From positions 25,365 to 89,364 of the IMG/VR virus record IMGVR_UViG_3300041411_000074: a stretch of 64,000 nucleotides of DNA. One strand, written 5' to 3'. The position numbers and the translations under genes are program-made. A model generated the notes under the pieces. The model saw only the letters and a program-made list of their open reading frames with translations, had not been told where the DNA came from and ran no database searches. The DNA is from a virus. Of the stretch, positions 48,779 to 59,059 are shown piece after piece (within the stretch, counting starts at the first letter, position 1; the number at the start of each line of letters is the position of its first letter).

Positions 48779-49528
48779 TTAGATGAGCTGAGCATATTGC
48801 CCACCCAATGATAAATCACTCAAGTCCCCGTAACCTTTGGCATTAGGGAAGCCTTGAAATCCAAATACGTTCTCTGGAATAAACTCACCAAAATTAACCC
48901 TTACCCCAATTGGTTTCGGGATAAATCTTGAGGGATAACCAGAGGAATATGATGTATAAGTGAGCAACACTTTCTCAAAAGAGGTAAGCTCTGCACCAAT
49001 CATCAATGTAAACTCAGCATTACCTTCAGCTACGACAAGACTAAGGTCTACACCAAATACAAACCGCATAAACTCAATAAATTGGTTTGGTGTAGCGTTG
49101 GTGCTATTCTTAATAATCTTAGCTTTGATAAATAAGCGATATTGCTCGTCCGTCAGAAGGGTATTACCAGCTAAGGGATTATTAATATCGTAATAGGGCC
49201 CACCTAAAGCAGAGTTATTCAAATCACCGTACGATTGGGCATCTGGATAACCTTGGAATGCAAAGAACACAAGGAGTGCTGTATCAATAAGCTCCCTTGG
49301 TTGACCAACAATATCTCCGATAATGTCTAGTTGAGCACCAACAGCAGTATCAATAGAACGTTCTTGCATAAGCTGTCGGAAGACTTCTTGTAGTTCAACC
49401 TTTCCACCAAGAAGGAGTTGGAGGTACTTGTCGAACACCGGGTGATCTTCGGTTTTGAACTGTTCGGTTACTCGTGACCTAGCTACATCCAAATACGATT
49501 CTAAAAAGAAGGAATTAATCTCGGACAT
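48779..49528 (-). CDS. Baseplate wedge protein (DUF2612-like)
   Basis: AVGAQLDIIG.IVG..R, LTDEQYR..IKAKI. Confidence 0.85.
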   Translation of the reverse strand: MSEINSFFLESYLDVARSRVTEQFKTEDHPVFDKYLQLLLGGKVELQEVFRQLMQERSIDTAVGAQLDIIGDIVGQPRELIDTALLVFFAFQGYPDAQSYGDLNNSALGGPYYDINNPLAGNTLLTDEQYRLFIKAKIIKNSTNATPNQFIEFMRFVFGVDLSLVVAEGNAEFTLMIGAELTSFEKVLLTYTSYSSGYPSRFIPKPIGVRVNFGEFIPENVFGFQGFPNAKGYGDLSDLSLGGQYAQLI

Positions 49529-49537
49529 GCTCCCTCC

Positions 49538-50977
49538 TTAAGTAATGATGATATTAGTTGTATTCAGGCTTGCAATCTCATCAAAGGCAATTACAATATT
49601 ACTAGTACCAACAGGTGCTGGCGAAGTACCAATTGTAAGAGAGACAACTTCATGTCCCGGAATACTGTTGATGGGAGTATACAGACGACTGTAAATCACA
49701 TCATCACCAGTGCCAAAGTTAGCAGTGAAGTACTCAATCAACGCTGACTTGATGGCATCATTCCCATTAGGTGGGAAGTTCACATCTGTGGTGATGTTCA
49801 TGCTAATATAAATTACAACAGGGCCTGGACGAGAAAAACTAATGTCGTGAGGGAAACCCTGAACATCAGAGATGCTTACAGTGGTGTTACCATAGCTTAA
49901 AATACCAATTGGTTTGTTATCCCAAATAGCATTAGCAATGTCTGTACTCAACCCACCAGAAACAATAGGAAGGAAGCTGTGCGCAGGAACACCATTACCA
50001 TCTACAACACTCGTGTCATTCTCATAGATAGTAACTTCACTAACATTATCCAAGTTGATAAGAGCTGAATAGATAGCATCTAGTGTATTGGTTGCACGAT
50101 CAAACTTGCCATTACGAAAGCGTAGACGAAGCTGCTCATCTGTCTCACGATCTTCACCGGGAGTAGCTGCAACAGGATTGTTTACACTGTCCCAACCAAG
50201 CATTGGTGTGAGGATTGTATCAATTGTATTTGCAGGTTGTTCAATGATACCAGACTCTACAGCCACCACTTCACCAACGGTTCTTACTTTATTAATACCA
50301 AGATTAACTGAAGTGGTGAAGTTTACAGTCTGGAAGATATCATTGCGGTCAATTACAAGGGTCGTTCCAACAACAGAAGAAGTCAGTGTTGGGTGAGCAC
50401 CAGCAATAACACTTTGCAACCCTGCCAAGATTTCAGCAACAGTAGCACTCGCATCAGATGTAAATGTGATGGTGTTAGAGGTTGTTGTATTGGCATAAGT
50501 GATGGTGTAAGCTGTGCTATCTTGTAAGGTGACAACTGATACGGTAATGCCGCTAGCGTTGCTAGGAGACAGAGAAATAGCGCCAACTGTAGTGAATTGC
50601 TCACCAGTTGTAGAGCTACTTACAGTTTGTCCTACAGGGATTAGTGTGTTAGTGTCACCAGCTACTAGAATAGACGATGTGGTGAAGGTTTGTTCTTTGC
50701 GGGTGATACCAGCGTATGCTACAAGGTTGTCAAGAGCAATACCTGTTGCAGAGTTTGGATCAAAGGCTGCATACACTTCTTGAGCTGCTTCCCAAAGGTC
50801 AGCTTCACTTGGGGCAGCTAGGGAGATTAGGCGGCCGAGTGCGGAAGAGTCACTTGTATCGACGTTTTGCCCCGGAGAAACGAGGTCTTGGAATAATTGT
50901 ACTGCTAAGGCTCTGTCATCAGCTAGAATTTCTGCAAGCCGTTTAATAACAAAGCCTGCATCTGTTAAACCGGCCAT
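49538..50977 (-). CDS. Baseplate J-like wedge protein
   Basis: ATGIALD, G.DRETDEQLR.R, YEN.T, P.HS. Confidence 0.9.
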   Translation of the reverse strand: MAGLTDAGFVIKRLAEILADDRALAVQLFQDLVSPGQNVDTSDSSALGRLISLAAPSEADLWEAAQEVYAAFDPNSATGIALDNLVAYAGITRKEQTFTTSSILVAGDTNTLIPVGQTVSSSTTGEQFTTVGAISLSPSNASGITVSVVTLQDSTAYTITYANTTTSNTITFTSDASATVAEILAGLQSVIAGAHPTLTSSVVGTTLVIDRNDIFQTVNFTTSVNLGINKVRTVGEVVAVESGIIEQPANTIDTILTPMLGWDSVNNPVAATPGEDRETDEQLRLRFRNGKFDRATNTLDAIYSALINLDNVSEVTIYENDTSVVDGNGVPAHSFLPIVSGGLSTDIANAIWDNKPIGILSYGNTTVSISDVQGFPHDISFSRPGPVVIYISMNITTDVNFPPNGNDAIKSALIEYFTANFGTGDDVIYSRLYTPINSIPGHEVVSLTIGTSPAPVGTSNIVIAFDEIASLNTTNIIIT

Positions 50978-50996
50978 TTATAATCCTTTTGTTTAA

Positions 50997-51368
50997 TCAG
51001 TTGATCGGGGATACCACAATCGGGCCAGAAATAGTTCCGTCAATAACTCTTACTTGGAAAGTCAGGGAGTACTTCCGATTAACGAAAGTTGAGTTCCAAG
51101 AAATAATTTCTTTTACACCGGGATCAGACAACACTTTCTGTTGCAGTATGAGGTCAGTGGATGCTTTGGAGGTTTGCTTGATAGCGATGATACGTTGCGC
51201 CCAAGGGATGCCATAAGTTGTGTCCAAAAACCACTCCGTCAACCAAGTTTGAAGAAGTATTAGCAGACGTTGGCCTGTTACTTCAACTTGAGATTGAGTG
51301 GTATCTTCAACTTGTAGCGGGCCATTGTTCCAGATTATATCGTTCTGGTCGTTGAGCTTAAAATCCAT
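50997..51368 (-). CDS. Baseplate wedge subunit (gp25/DUF2634-like)
   Basis: QRL...L.TW..EWFLD..YGIPW. Confidence 0.8.
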   Translation of the reverse strand: MDFKLNDQNDIIWNNGPLQVEDTTQSQVEVTGQRLLILLQTWLTEWFLDTTYGIPWAQRIIAIKQTSKASTDLILQQKVLSDPGVKEIISWNSTFVNRKYSLTFQVRVIDGTISGPIVVSPIN

Positions 51369-52132
51369 TAAACCATACCTCCAGAGTTTGAAGGGCCTGA
51401 GACAACACCTGAGTGAACGTGTAGGTTCACATTTATAGTATTCAAGGTGTATGTACCAACCTGAGTTAGATTACCCTGAAGGGTTACATTTCCTAACCAG
51501 AGCGTTTCAGCAACATCTACTGTCATCTGTGGAGAGTTCAAACTAATACTTTCAGAAGCATTTACTGTAGCTTCGGAGCAATTAATAGTCACAGGTTGAT
51601 TGGAGGTGTTAATCTCGATACTACCATCAGCCTTAAGTCTAACTTCACTCTCTATTCCGCCCAGATTCTGGAAGACAACAGTGTCCTTGGTATCATGTGT
51701 AAGAACATGCTTTGCTGGGTTATTCACAGCAACCCCGGGAGGTTGAATACCCGGAAGAAAGATGGCATCCCCCTTATCCATCTTGGCAAAGTTCATAGGA
51801 CTTGCCGGTCTGCCGTTACCAGCCTTCCAACCATCCATGTTTCTCATAGAGAACATTGCTGTGCCAGTATCACCAACTTCAATTGGAAAAGTGAAGCCAG
51901 CTTTCTTGGACACTTGAAACGATACAGGAACACCGGGAATAACCGCACGTTCTTTAACTGTACCATCTTGTTCTTTTTGGTTAATGGTAGGTTGTATATC
52001 CACCATTTGACCATTCAACCCATCTCTTACAGCAACCACAATACATGGGATGATGGTGTACTTATTGTTCATGAGACTATCAAAAGCTCCTGTCATAGTA
52101 CTTTGAATAGCTGAGGTAACTTCTGCACTCAT
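51368..52132 (-). CDS. Baseplate central spike
   Basis: OB-fold N-terminus, beta-helix repeats, HVH iron-binding tip. Confidence 0.88.
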   Translation of the reverse strand: MSAEVTSAIQSTMTGAFDSLMNNKYTIIPCIVVAVRDGLNGQMVDIQPTINQKEQDGTVKERAVIPGVPVSFQVSKKAGFTFPIEVGDTGTAMFSMRNMDGWKAGNGRPASPMNFAKMDKGDAIFLPGIQPPGVAVNNPAKHVLTHDTKDTVVFQNLGGIESEVRLKADGSIEINTSNQPVTINCSEATVNASESISLNSPQMTVDVAETLWLGNVTLQGNLTQVGTYTLNTINVNLHVHSGVVSGPSNSGGMV

Positions 52133-53031
52133 GATCCAGCCCCTTTCTGAACAACTTTCTCAAGACTTGATGCTTTGATGTCCGTATACCAAGTTGGCGA
52201 ACGCCATCCGCCATAGTGTCTGAGAGAATCCACTTTCATCCAGCCTGTGATTAATGTATCTTCAAGATAAATAATATCACCAGCTTTAATATCTGGATTG
52301 AGAAGAATCCTCATCTGAATTCCGGGCTTCTTAGCCTTATCCTTTGCGGATCTACGTCTATCACCTGATACACGATAAGCTGTATCAACCAAACCTGTAT
52401 ATTGAGAAATCACATAAGCTTGTTGAAAGTTTTCTGTGGCAGCTCTATCATTATTATGGACATACAAAACGTCATCATCTATCTGAGTGTCAAGTTGATA
52501 CTTTTCAGCCAACTCATCTAACATCTCTTTAGGCGTACCCATCAAAGGGTAGCCATAAATGATTTCGTTGTTTAAGTTGGTGCCGTTATAAACACCTCTA
52601 GATACGCCGGGAAGATTCTTACGGATAGCTTCTGCAACATCTTTTACAGTCTGACCGGGTGCTACAAGTTCTGAAAGTATTTGATGATTAAGCTCTGTAT
52701 AACCAGCACCTAATTGAACCTGAGTAACAAGATCCGTACCAGATTTACGGGTGCTTACATGTGTAACTTGCCCGCCAAATAACCTCTTAGGACCCCCGGT
52801 ATCTAAGTATCCAGCACTGAATATCGCAGCAGGATAGTCTGTATCTAAAAGCTTAATCTGATCCCTAGAGAGGTTATAAATCTCAATAGCAGCACTATTA
52901 GTCTTTTTCTTGTTATCTGTGGATTTAGATATGTCGAAGGTAACTTGTAGATCCGTAATCTCCAGAGCTTCACCAGAGTTACTGTCACCAATTATCAAAA
53001 TATACTGGCGGTTTCTCTGGATTAGGTCCAT
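52129..53031 (-). CDS. Baseplate hub protein
   Basis: F.I.KS...N.A.IEIYNL, AGY, LLNP.I..G. Confidence 0.8.
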   Translation of the reverse strand: MDLIQRNRQYILIIGDSNSGEALEITDLQVTFDISKSTDNKKKTNSAAIEIYNLSRDQIKLLDTDYPAAIFSAGYLDTGGPKRLFGGQVTHVSTRKSGTDLVTQVQLGAGYTELNHQILSELVAPGQTVKDVAEAIRKNLPGVSRGVYNGTNLNNEIIYGYPLMGTPKEMLDELAEKYQLDTQIDDDVLYVHNNDRAATENFQQAYVISQYTGLVDTAYRVSGDRRRSAKDKAKKPGIQMRILLNPDIKAGDIIYLEDTLITGWMKVDSLRHYGGWRSPTWYTDIKASSLEKVVQKGAGS

Positions 53032-53369
53032 TAATCTTCCTCTGGGGTATACAAGTAAAATAAATTATAATATTGATCGATTGAATCAGGATAAACCTTG
53101 TATGGTTCACTAATGATATCTGCCTTCTCTTCCATCCAAATGAATCCAGTTAGGGGGAAGATTGCATAATCAAGGAACAAGGGATAGTTGGGAACTAAAG
53201 CTTCCCCCAACACAATAGGGTTGTTATCAGCGTCATAAAGATTTATGAAATACAGCTTAGCTCTCTCATTATAAATGAACTCAAAGATATATGAGTCACC
53301 TTGAAAAGCAATTGTGTAAGTGTAGTATGGATCACTGAAAAAAGGCATTGCTATATATTTATCAGCCAT
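53031..53369 (-). CDS. Baseplate/virion structural protein
   Basis: F.F.YNER..Y...YD motif; synteny. Confidence 0.7.
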   Translation of the reverse strand: MADKYIAMPFFSDPYYTYTIAFQGDSYIFEFIYNERAKLYFINLYDADNNPIVLGEALVPNYPLFLDYAIFPLTGFIWMEEKADIISEPYKVYPDSIDQYYNLFYLYTPEED

Positions 53370-54159
53370 TTTCCCTTGCCTGTCTTAGTGGATCAGTGTC
53401 TTTAGGTGCATTACTTCCAGCATCAGGTCCATCTACATCTTGAGGAGTGCTGTCCTGTTTACCTTTTGATGCTTTAGGGGCTGCTTTCTTTTTAAGAGAT
53501 TCCTGTACATCTTTTGGGATTGTGGTCTTCTTCAAGAAAGCAAAAGTCACTTGCTCAAAGGTGATATCACAATACAAACCATACCCTGTATTTGCATCTT
53601 CCTTAAAAGTAATCTTGGTCATTACAAGATTATTGATTACTTTACGAAGCAGAGTATTATCGTATTCAAACAAGCGGACAAGTTGAATGCTAGGATCGAA
53701 TTGACCAGTCTTCTCGTTGAAGATAACGCCAGCGGTGAGGTCTACCAGAGCCTGACGAATCTGCTCTATAAGATCAGTACGTCTTGCGTCAACAACTACT
53801 TCAGGTGTACTATCGGATAGGAACTGACCAATGCTATCAGGAATAAATTTCTTTAGTACACTTTGGTCAGTAGAATTCACACTGACAGCATTAGGAGCTT
53901 CATTACTATTATAGGGAGAGTTACCATCCAAATCTTGGATTAGGTAAGTTCCTGTAGAGATATCTACACCCGTAATCACAGCACCAATTGTAAAAACTGG
54001 GTTACTTTTGATGTAGTGATCAGTGATATTTCCACCTAAAGCGACGGGATGTTTGGTTACTTGTCCGCTGTAGTTTTGTGTATAGCTTGTTACAGCATCA
54101 CAGTAGATCAGTCCCCCCTCTTGTACAGAGGAGTCACCCCAAGAAATTGCTAATGACAC
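53362..54159 (-). CDS. Dit-like tail/baseplate protein
   Basis: DAV......VT.HPV..G..ITDH, directly after the tape measure gene. Confidence 0.75.
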   Translation of the reverse strand: MSLAISWGDSSVQEGGLIYCDAVTSYTQNYSGQVTKHPVALGGNITDHYIKSNPVFTIGAVITGVDISTGTYLIQDLDGNSPYNSNEAPNAVSVNSTDQSVLKKFIPDSIGQFLSDSTPEVVVDARRTDLIEQIRQALVDLTAGVIFNEKTGQFDPSIQLVRLFEYDNTLLRKVINNLVMTKITFKEDANTGYGLYCDITFEQVTFAFLKKTTIPKDVQESLKKKAAPKASKGKQDSTPQDVDGPDAGSNAPKDTDPLRQARENG

Positions 54160-54169
54160 AGGTGCCTCC

Positions 54170-56050
54170 TTATTGTTTAACTGGGAACTGTACGTTCACT
54201 TGCTCAAAGGATTGAACAAACATATTTGCTACAGCTTCACCAATTGCCTGAGCCTGAGCATTTGCATCCATACTTTGGAGGGTAGAGCCGTCAACATTAA
54301 CTTCGATGTTGATTTCATTACTGTTGTTATTTACAATACCCATTGCTTTATCTTCAGCAGCAGCTTTAGCCATGTCAGCTTGTTGTGAGTCATACCCAGC
54401 AGCATCTTGGTAATAGGGAGAGGTTGGGTCATCATAAACTGCACGACCTCTTTCACGAGCTTTGTTCATGTTAAAGCCGGTGTTGTTTATGATGTCACCA
54501 ACAATGGCTGCTGGTGATGCATATTCTAAACCAAACAAACTAGCTTTTTCAGTGGAACTGTTACTTGTCTCGGAAGTCGGAAGAGACCCGCTTTTCCACT
54601 TCTGGAACTCAGCAATAGCATTCATGATAGAAGCAATCTCTCTTGCTGTAGCTTCTAGAGTTGGGAGGAAGTCAAACTTGATCGTGGAGATATCAGTGAA
54701 GATTTGTTTGATATCAGACCAGTCTTTCTTGAGTTGGTTGGTCTTGTCCACGCCTAACCAATCCGCCACAACACTATCTTTACCCTCAAGAGCACGAATA
54801 AAGGATTGTGGGAATAGGAGAAGGTCATCAGCCCATTTTGTTGCTTCGTTAAACCCTTCTGCAAGCCTCTTAACTAGGTCTCCACTTTCATTCAAGCCCG
54901 CCGCGAGTGTACGGAAAATACGAGCAAAACCCTCTTCTACGCCTGCGTTTGATGCCAATACGGCCATGTCATTTACAGAGTTTTGATAACGAGCTTGCTC
55001 AGCTTGGGATGCTTGGGATGCTGTACCTAAAGCCCCACCCTGATTAGCTCGTTGAGAAGCAGCAGCACCAGCATAAGTGAGGATATCGCTGGTTACTTTG
55101 CCCTTCTTCATATCGGCTAAAAGCTGTTGAATAGCTTCGGCACCAGTTTTATTACCGCCAATCTTTGCTTGATATGCTTGAGCGAACAGTGCCGTACCAC
55201 CCGGCAATGCCTCTGCAATTTGCCCAGTAAGTTCCTCAGACATCAACTTACCCTTGCCCGCAACTTGAGACAATGCTCTGAACAAACGGTTCTGAGTAGT
55301 TTTATCTAGTTTGTTTACACGGGCAAGTTCAGCAAAGCCAGAGAATACTTTTTGACTTTCTTTTAAACCAATACCCGATCCAGTAAGACCTGATATTAGT
55401 TTATTATAGTCGCCAGATGCCTCAAGGAAATTGAACCCCACACGGTTCGCTTCAGACCTCAAATATTGGAAAGAATCTGAGCCTTGTTGTGCTGTTCCCC
55501 CGGCTTGCTGTACAACCGCTGACGTTTGCAACTGGGCAGAGACGACTTCTTGGTTACGCCTATTTAATGCCCCGAGACCATAGCCCCCTAAACCCAGTGC
55601 AAGTGCGGGACCAAGTAGACTGGGCATACCTCGGGAACGTCCAAGGCCAGCGGCAGCTCCTGTAACAACAGCCTCACCTGTCCTCCCTCTGGGAGTAACA
55701 ACAGTAGGTGTATGTCCCGGAACAACTTGAGGAACAATCCTCATAGGGTGAGACATACCTGCACGGGCCATCGCAACAGCAACAGTTTGATTTAAGGCAG
55801 CTTGATTGACATTGAACTTATTAATATCAAAGACAGTACGATTGCTCGCCATATCTAAGGCGTTACCAAGGACTCTCTCAAGCTTTCGTTGGTCAACCGT
55901 AAAGTTACCAATGCCAAAATTTAAGGAGTTACCAAAACCTTTAAATTTATTTAGCTTCTTCTCAAGAGTAGCTAATGCTTTGTCAACCTTTTTTAAACCT
56001 CTTGTGTCAACATCAAAACCGATACTGGCGAAGTACTTGGCGATCTGCAA
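54170..56050 (-). CDS. Tape measure protein
   Basis: Ala/Gly-rich helical; ALSQ..GKG..MSEEL.GQIAE.LPG tape-measure domain. Confidence 0.9.
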   Translation of the reverse strand: MQIAKYFASIGFDVDTRGLKKVDKALATLEKKLNKFKGFGNSLNFGIGNFTVDQRKLERVLGNALDMASNRTVFDINKFNVNQAALNQTVAVAMARAGMSHPMRIVPQVVPGHTPTVVTPRGRTGEAVVTGAAAGLGRSRGMPSLLGPALALGLGGYGLGALNRRNQEVVSAQLQTSAVVQQAGGTAQQGSDSFQYLRSEANRVGFNFLEASGDYNKLISGLTGSGIGLKESQKVFSGFAELARVNKLDKTTQNRLFRALSQVAGKGKLMSEELTGQIAEALPGGTALFAQAYQAKIGGNKTGAEAIQQLLADMKKGKVTSDILTYAGAAASQRANQGGALGTASQASQAEQARYQNSVNDMAVLASNAGVEEGFARIFRTLAAGLNESGDLVKRLAEGFNEATKWADDLLLFPQSFIRALEGKDSVVADWLGVDKTNQLKKDWSDIKQIFTDISTIKFDFLPTLEATAREIASIMNAIAEFQKWKSGSLPTSETSNSSTEKASLFGLEYASPAAIVGDIINNTGFNMNKARERGRAVYDDPTSPYYQDAAGYDSQQADMAKAAAEDKAMGIVNNNSNEINIEVNVDGSTLQSMDANAQAQAIGEAVANMFVQSFEQVNVQFPVKQ

Positions 56051-56064
56051 TGTTTATTACTCCG

Positions 56065-56289
56065 TCATTTCGGTTTATTTTTATCAGCTTTAGCTTTATC
56101 AAATGCTTGCTTACTTAAAGCATCGTACACATCAAGGAATTCAAGGAGCTTCAGCATTTGTCGTGTAGAGTATTTCCACTCCATTTCAGCAGCCAATTCA
56201 AGACCACCTTTCTCATGCATGGCGATCCTATAGATACTCCAGTGCTGAGAGAAAGTTTTATCAATTTCTTTTTCTAGCTGTGTAGCCAA
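56065..56289 (-). CDS. Tail assembly chaperone, downstream (gpT-like) segment
   Basis: Lies in the -1 frame of the upstream chaperone; weak TTG start. Confidence 0.65.
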   Translation of the reverse strand: MATQLEKEIDKTFSQHWSIYRIAMHEKGGLELAAEMEWKYSTRQMLKLLEFLDVYDALSKQAFDKAKADKNKPK

Positions 56290-56312
56290 TCTTCCCGACT
56301 CAGACTTTTCAG

Positions 56313-56633
56313 TTACTCTTCTGAATCGGGTGCCTGAAAAAGCTCTTCGAAGTTAAAATTCAGCACCTCTTTATAGAGTTTATTGAGGTGTGCATACTTG
56401 CGAGAAAAGGATACATCAAAAGACTTTTCAGTGATCTGCATGTTCTCTTTAGAAACGTAGTTGCAGATAATTTGTTTCATCTGACTAAGGTCAGCCTTAC
56501 CTTCATCAATAGCAGCTTGATGCTTTTCAATAAACATCAAACCTTTAGTTGCAGGCATTGCCGTTACAAGGTATTCAATATCATCAACTGTAATAGTTGT
56601 TTGTTCAAGTACTTCAAATTTTGGAGCTGCCAT
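56313..56633 (-). CDS. Tail assembly chaperone (gpG-like)
   Basis: Position between the tube genes and the tape measure gene. Confidence 0.75.
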   Translation of the reverse strand: MAAPKFEVLEQTTITVDDIEYLVTAMPATKGLMFIEKHQAAIDEGKADLSQMKQIICNYVSKENMQITEKSFDVSFSRKYAHLNKLYKEVLNFNFEELFQAPDSEE

Positions 56634-56657
56634 TTATTTTATCTCAGAAAATACAAA

Positions 56658-57155
56658 TTAGAAAATGTTGTCAAAGAAGTTACCAGCTTCACTAAGCGCC
56701 CTGTCAAATAGATCAGTTGCAGGTTTAGCATTCCCTGACACAACATAAGTATTTGTAGACTGTAAGAAGAATTCCCAGTTACGATACTCAAACTGTCCTG
56801 AGAAAATTGTTGTTGGATACCCAGTGATATATGCCTCATTAGATGAGAACACACTACGTCCAGAGTTATCTTTCAACATCAAAGCAATTCGTGCAGTGCC
56901 CTCATTTAAATCAAGTTCATGGATATACGAAAGTACATCGTTACCCTGAGATGTCTGAAGAAGGGAGATGGTAATTGTAGCTGAAGTGTCTACGTTCGGA
57001 ACTCGTGTGTTCTTGCCACGGATGCCGCGAATAGGAGTAAACCCCTTTACGGTCCTACTAATATTGATACTCTGCCAACCAGTTAGTTGATAACCACCAA
57101 CAGTCAGAATTACGTCCTTGGGGCTGTATGTATTCACAGTAAAGGAGTTAGCCAT
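56658..57155 (-). CDS. Tail tube-family structural protein
   Basis: YSPKDV...G, ITISLLQTS..ND.L, LKD.SG. Confidence 0.75.
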   Translation of the reverse strand: MANSFTVNTYSPKDVILTVGGYQLTGWQSINISRTVKGFTPIRGIRGKNTRVPNVDTSATITISLLQTSQGNDVLSYIHELDLNEGTARIALMLKDNSGRSVFSSNEAYITGYPTTIFSGQFEYRNWEFFLQSTNTYVVSGNAKPATDLFDRALSEAGNFFDNIF

Positions 57156-57652
57156 TACAACACCCCCTCTGCAACTGAAGCTGCACCAGATGCAAGGTTA
57201 ATCAAGTCTTGTAGAATACCGCTAGCATCTTGGTTGCTACCAACATTGATAACTGCTTGAGAGGAGCGAAGAATCCAAGTACGTGTGTCAAAGTTAGTGC
57301 TTTGCACCATACTAGGAATACCTTCAATCCAAGTATTAGTTGAAAAGAAAAGGTCTGTACCGGATAAATCTTTTACGAACAGGGGAAATTTCCCCATCTG
57401 CGTAAACTCATCTAGTTGCCACAGCTTAGTAAGAATATCATTAGATGTAGAGCCACGGTGAAACGTCAACGAGATAGTGTATGTCTGACTGTTTGTATAA
57501 AGTCTAGAAATAGAACCGTCTGCTGTTTCTGTAGAACCGTATGGAACTTTATCTTTAGTTACCGTAATAAATGTTCCATCTGCAAAACCGTTTAGTGGAA
57601 TACCAAAAGCTAAACAATTAACGTTTTCTGGGCTATAACTTGCAATTCCCAT
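57155..57652 (-). CDS. Tail tube-family structural protein
   Basis: YSPENV...GFADGTFI, KDLSG, R.W. Confidence 0.75.
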   Translation of the reverse strand: MGIASYSPENVNCLAFGIPLNGFADGTFITVTKDKVPYGSTETADGSISRLYTNSQTYTISLTFHRGSTSNDILTKLWQLDEFTQMGKFPLFVKDLSGTDLFFSTNTWIEGIPSMVQSTNFDTRTWILRSSQAVINVGSNQDASGILQDLINLASGAASVAEGVL

Positions 57653-57709
57653 AAAATCTCCTTAATTAAGGGGTGTTTGAGTAGACTCAGTTATCACCCC
57701 TATTTCCGA

Positions 57710-58243
57710 TTAAGGATTCAACCGCCATCTTTGGTCAACTGTGCCGCCTGCTGCTTCAACAGCAGCAACTTCGGCTGGTGCCAGCGGCATGTTACCACCG
57801 ACAAATAGGTCACTACCAAAGAGGTAAATCTGCCAGCCACGGGTAGAAGTTTCAGAACTAAACTCTACAGCAGGAGGGGCGGCGATAATTGCACTATTAG
57901 AAGATACAACTGTTTGACCACTCAAATCTTTGATCGTGACAGAAAAAATCCAAGTATTATCTGTGGTTGCTGCGTCTGCAATTTGAAGTTGTTGCAGTAC
58001 AGTATTAGACTGTGAATACTGATGTAGAGTTACATCTACAGTCATAGCAGTTACAGTACGTTTTACACGACCCATTGATCCGCTGCGACCAACCCCAACG
58101 TAAGGTGTGCTTGAAGGTACAAGCCGGTTCAGTGATACAAAAGTACCGTCAGCAAATCCAGAGACAGTGTGGACAAAATCATCCTTAGAAATTACGATAG
58201 TAAAGTCGTCAGGGCAATAATTGCCGATGTAGTTTGAGGCCAT
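57710..58243 (-). CDS. Major tail tube protein (DUF3277-like)
   Basis: Y.PDD...GFADGTFV, TLHQ.S.SN..L, KDLSG; downstream of the sheath gene. Confidence 0.85.
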   Translation of the reverse strand: MASNYIGNYCPDDFTIVISKDDFVHTVSGFADGTFVSLNRLVPSSTPYVGVGRSGSMGRVKRTVTAMTVDVTLHQYSQSNTVLQQLQIADAATTDNTWIFSVTIKDLSGQTVVSSNSAIIAAPPAVEFSSETSTRGWQIYLFGSDLFVGGNMPLAPAEVAAVEAAGGTVDQRWRLNP

Positions 58244-58252
58244 TAGATTTTC

Positions 58253-59059
58253 CTATGCGTATTGAAAATCAGGATGATTTTCTTTTATTCTTGAATGGAT
58301 AATATATTTAGAAAACCCAGTATTTTCTGTGGCTTCTTTAATACTACCATATTTAATATTTTTAATAATTACGACAACTGCACTGGGATGCTCGGAAGGG
58401 ATTTTATTTTTACCTAGGAGCTGGTTACCACCACGCCTTTGTGGGATAAACTCCTCCACATCCCCACGAGAATACCTTGACACTAGGACAGAATAAACTT
58501 TATTCAATGCTTTAGCTGCCACATTAAAACTTGGGAACCAAAAACCACTAATATATCTTGGTGTTTGAATAAGTTTTTCAATACCCTTGTTACTCTTAAC
58601 ACTGTAGTTTTGAACAATATTTCCCAGTGTACCACGACGTTTCCTATTCTTATAAACATCGACAGTCATATCCAGACTTTTAAGCGCTGACCTTCTACTG
58701 GGAAACCAGAATCCACTTACAAAAGTTGGGATATCACGTTTAGTACCATTAACAGAGTAACCACGTCCTGATTGACCGCCCGGTTTGATATTGTAGCCAA
58801 ACTTCTTTTCACAAGTTCTGTACAGAGTAATTGCTTTTACTTCCAGCTCAAGAATATATTCCTTACTACCAATACAAAGTATTTCAAAAGAAAAGTTCTC
58901 CCTTCCATACTTATCCATGGCCTTGCGAATAATAGAAAATGCACTGTGTCCAGTTTTGGAGAAATGTCTTTGTTTTCTCTTCGTAGGTTCAGAAGTGATA
59001 CCAATATACATCTTATCATTAATCTTATTAACAATCTTATACAAGTAACAGTTCTTCAT
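58253..59059 (-). CDS. GIY-YIG homing endonuclease (Seg-like) between sheath and tube genes
   Basis: YLYKIVN...MYIGIT, R...H, E, GYNI..GG; repeated G.WFPS...A DNA-binding modules; AT-rich. Confidence 0.88.
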   Translation of the reverse strand: MKNCYLYKIVNKINDKMYIGITSEPTKRKQRHFSKTGHSAFSIIRKAMDKYGRENFSFEILCIGSKEYILELEVKAITLYRTCEKKFGYNIKPGGQSGRGYSVNGTKRDIPTFVSGFWFPSRRSALKSLDMTVDVYKNRKRRGTLGNIVQNYSVKSNKGIEKLIQTPRYISGFWFPSFNVAAKALNKVYSVLVSRYSRGDVEEFIPQRRGGNQLLGKNKIPSEHPSAVVVIIKNIKYGSIKEATENTGFSKYIIHSRIKENHPDFQYA

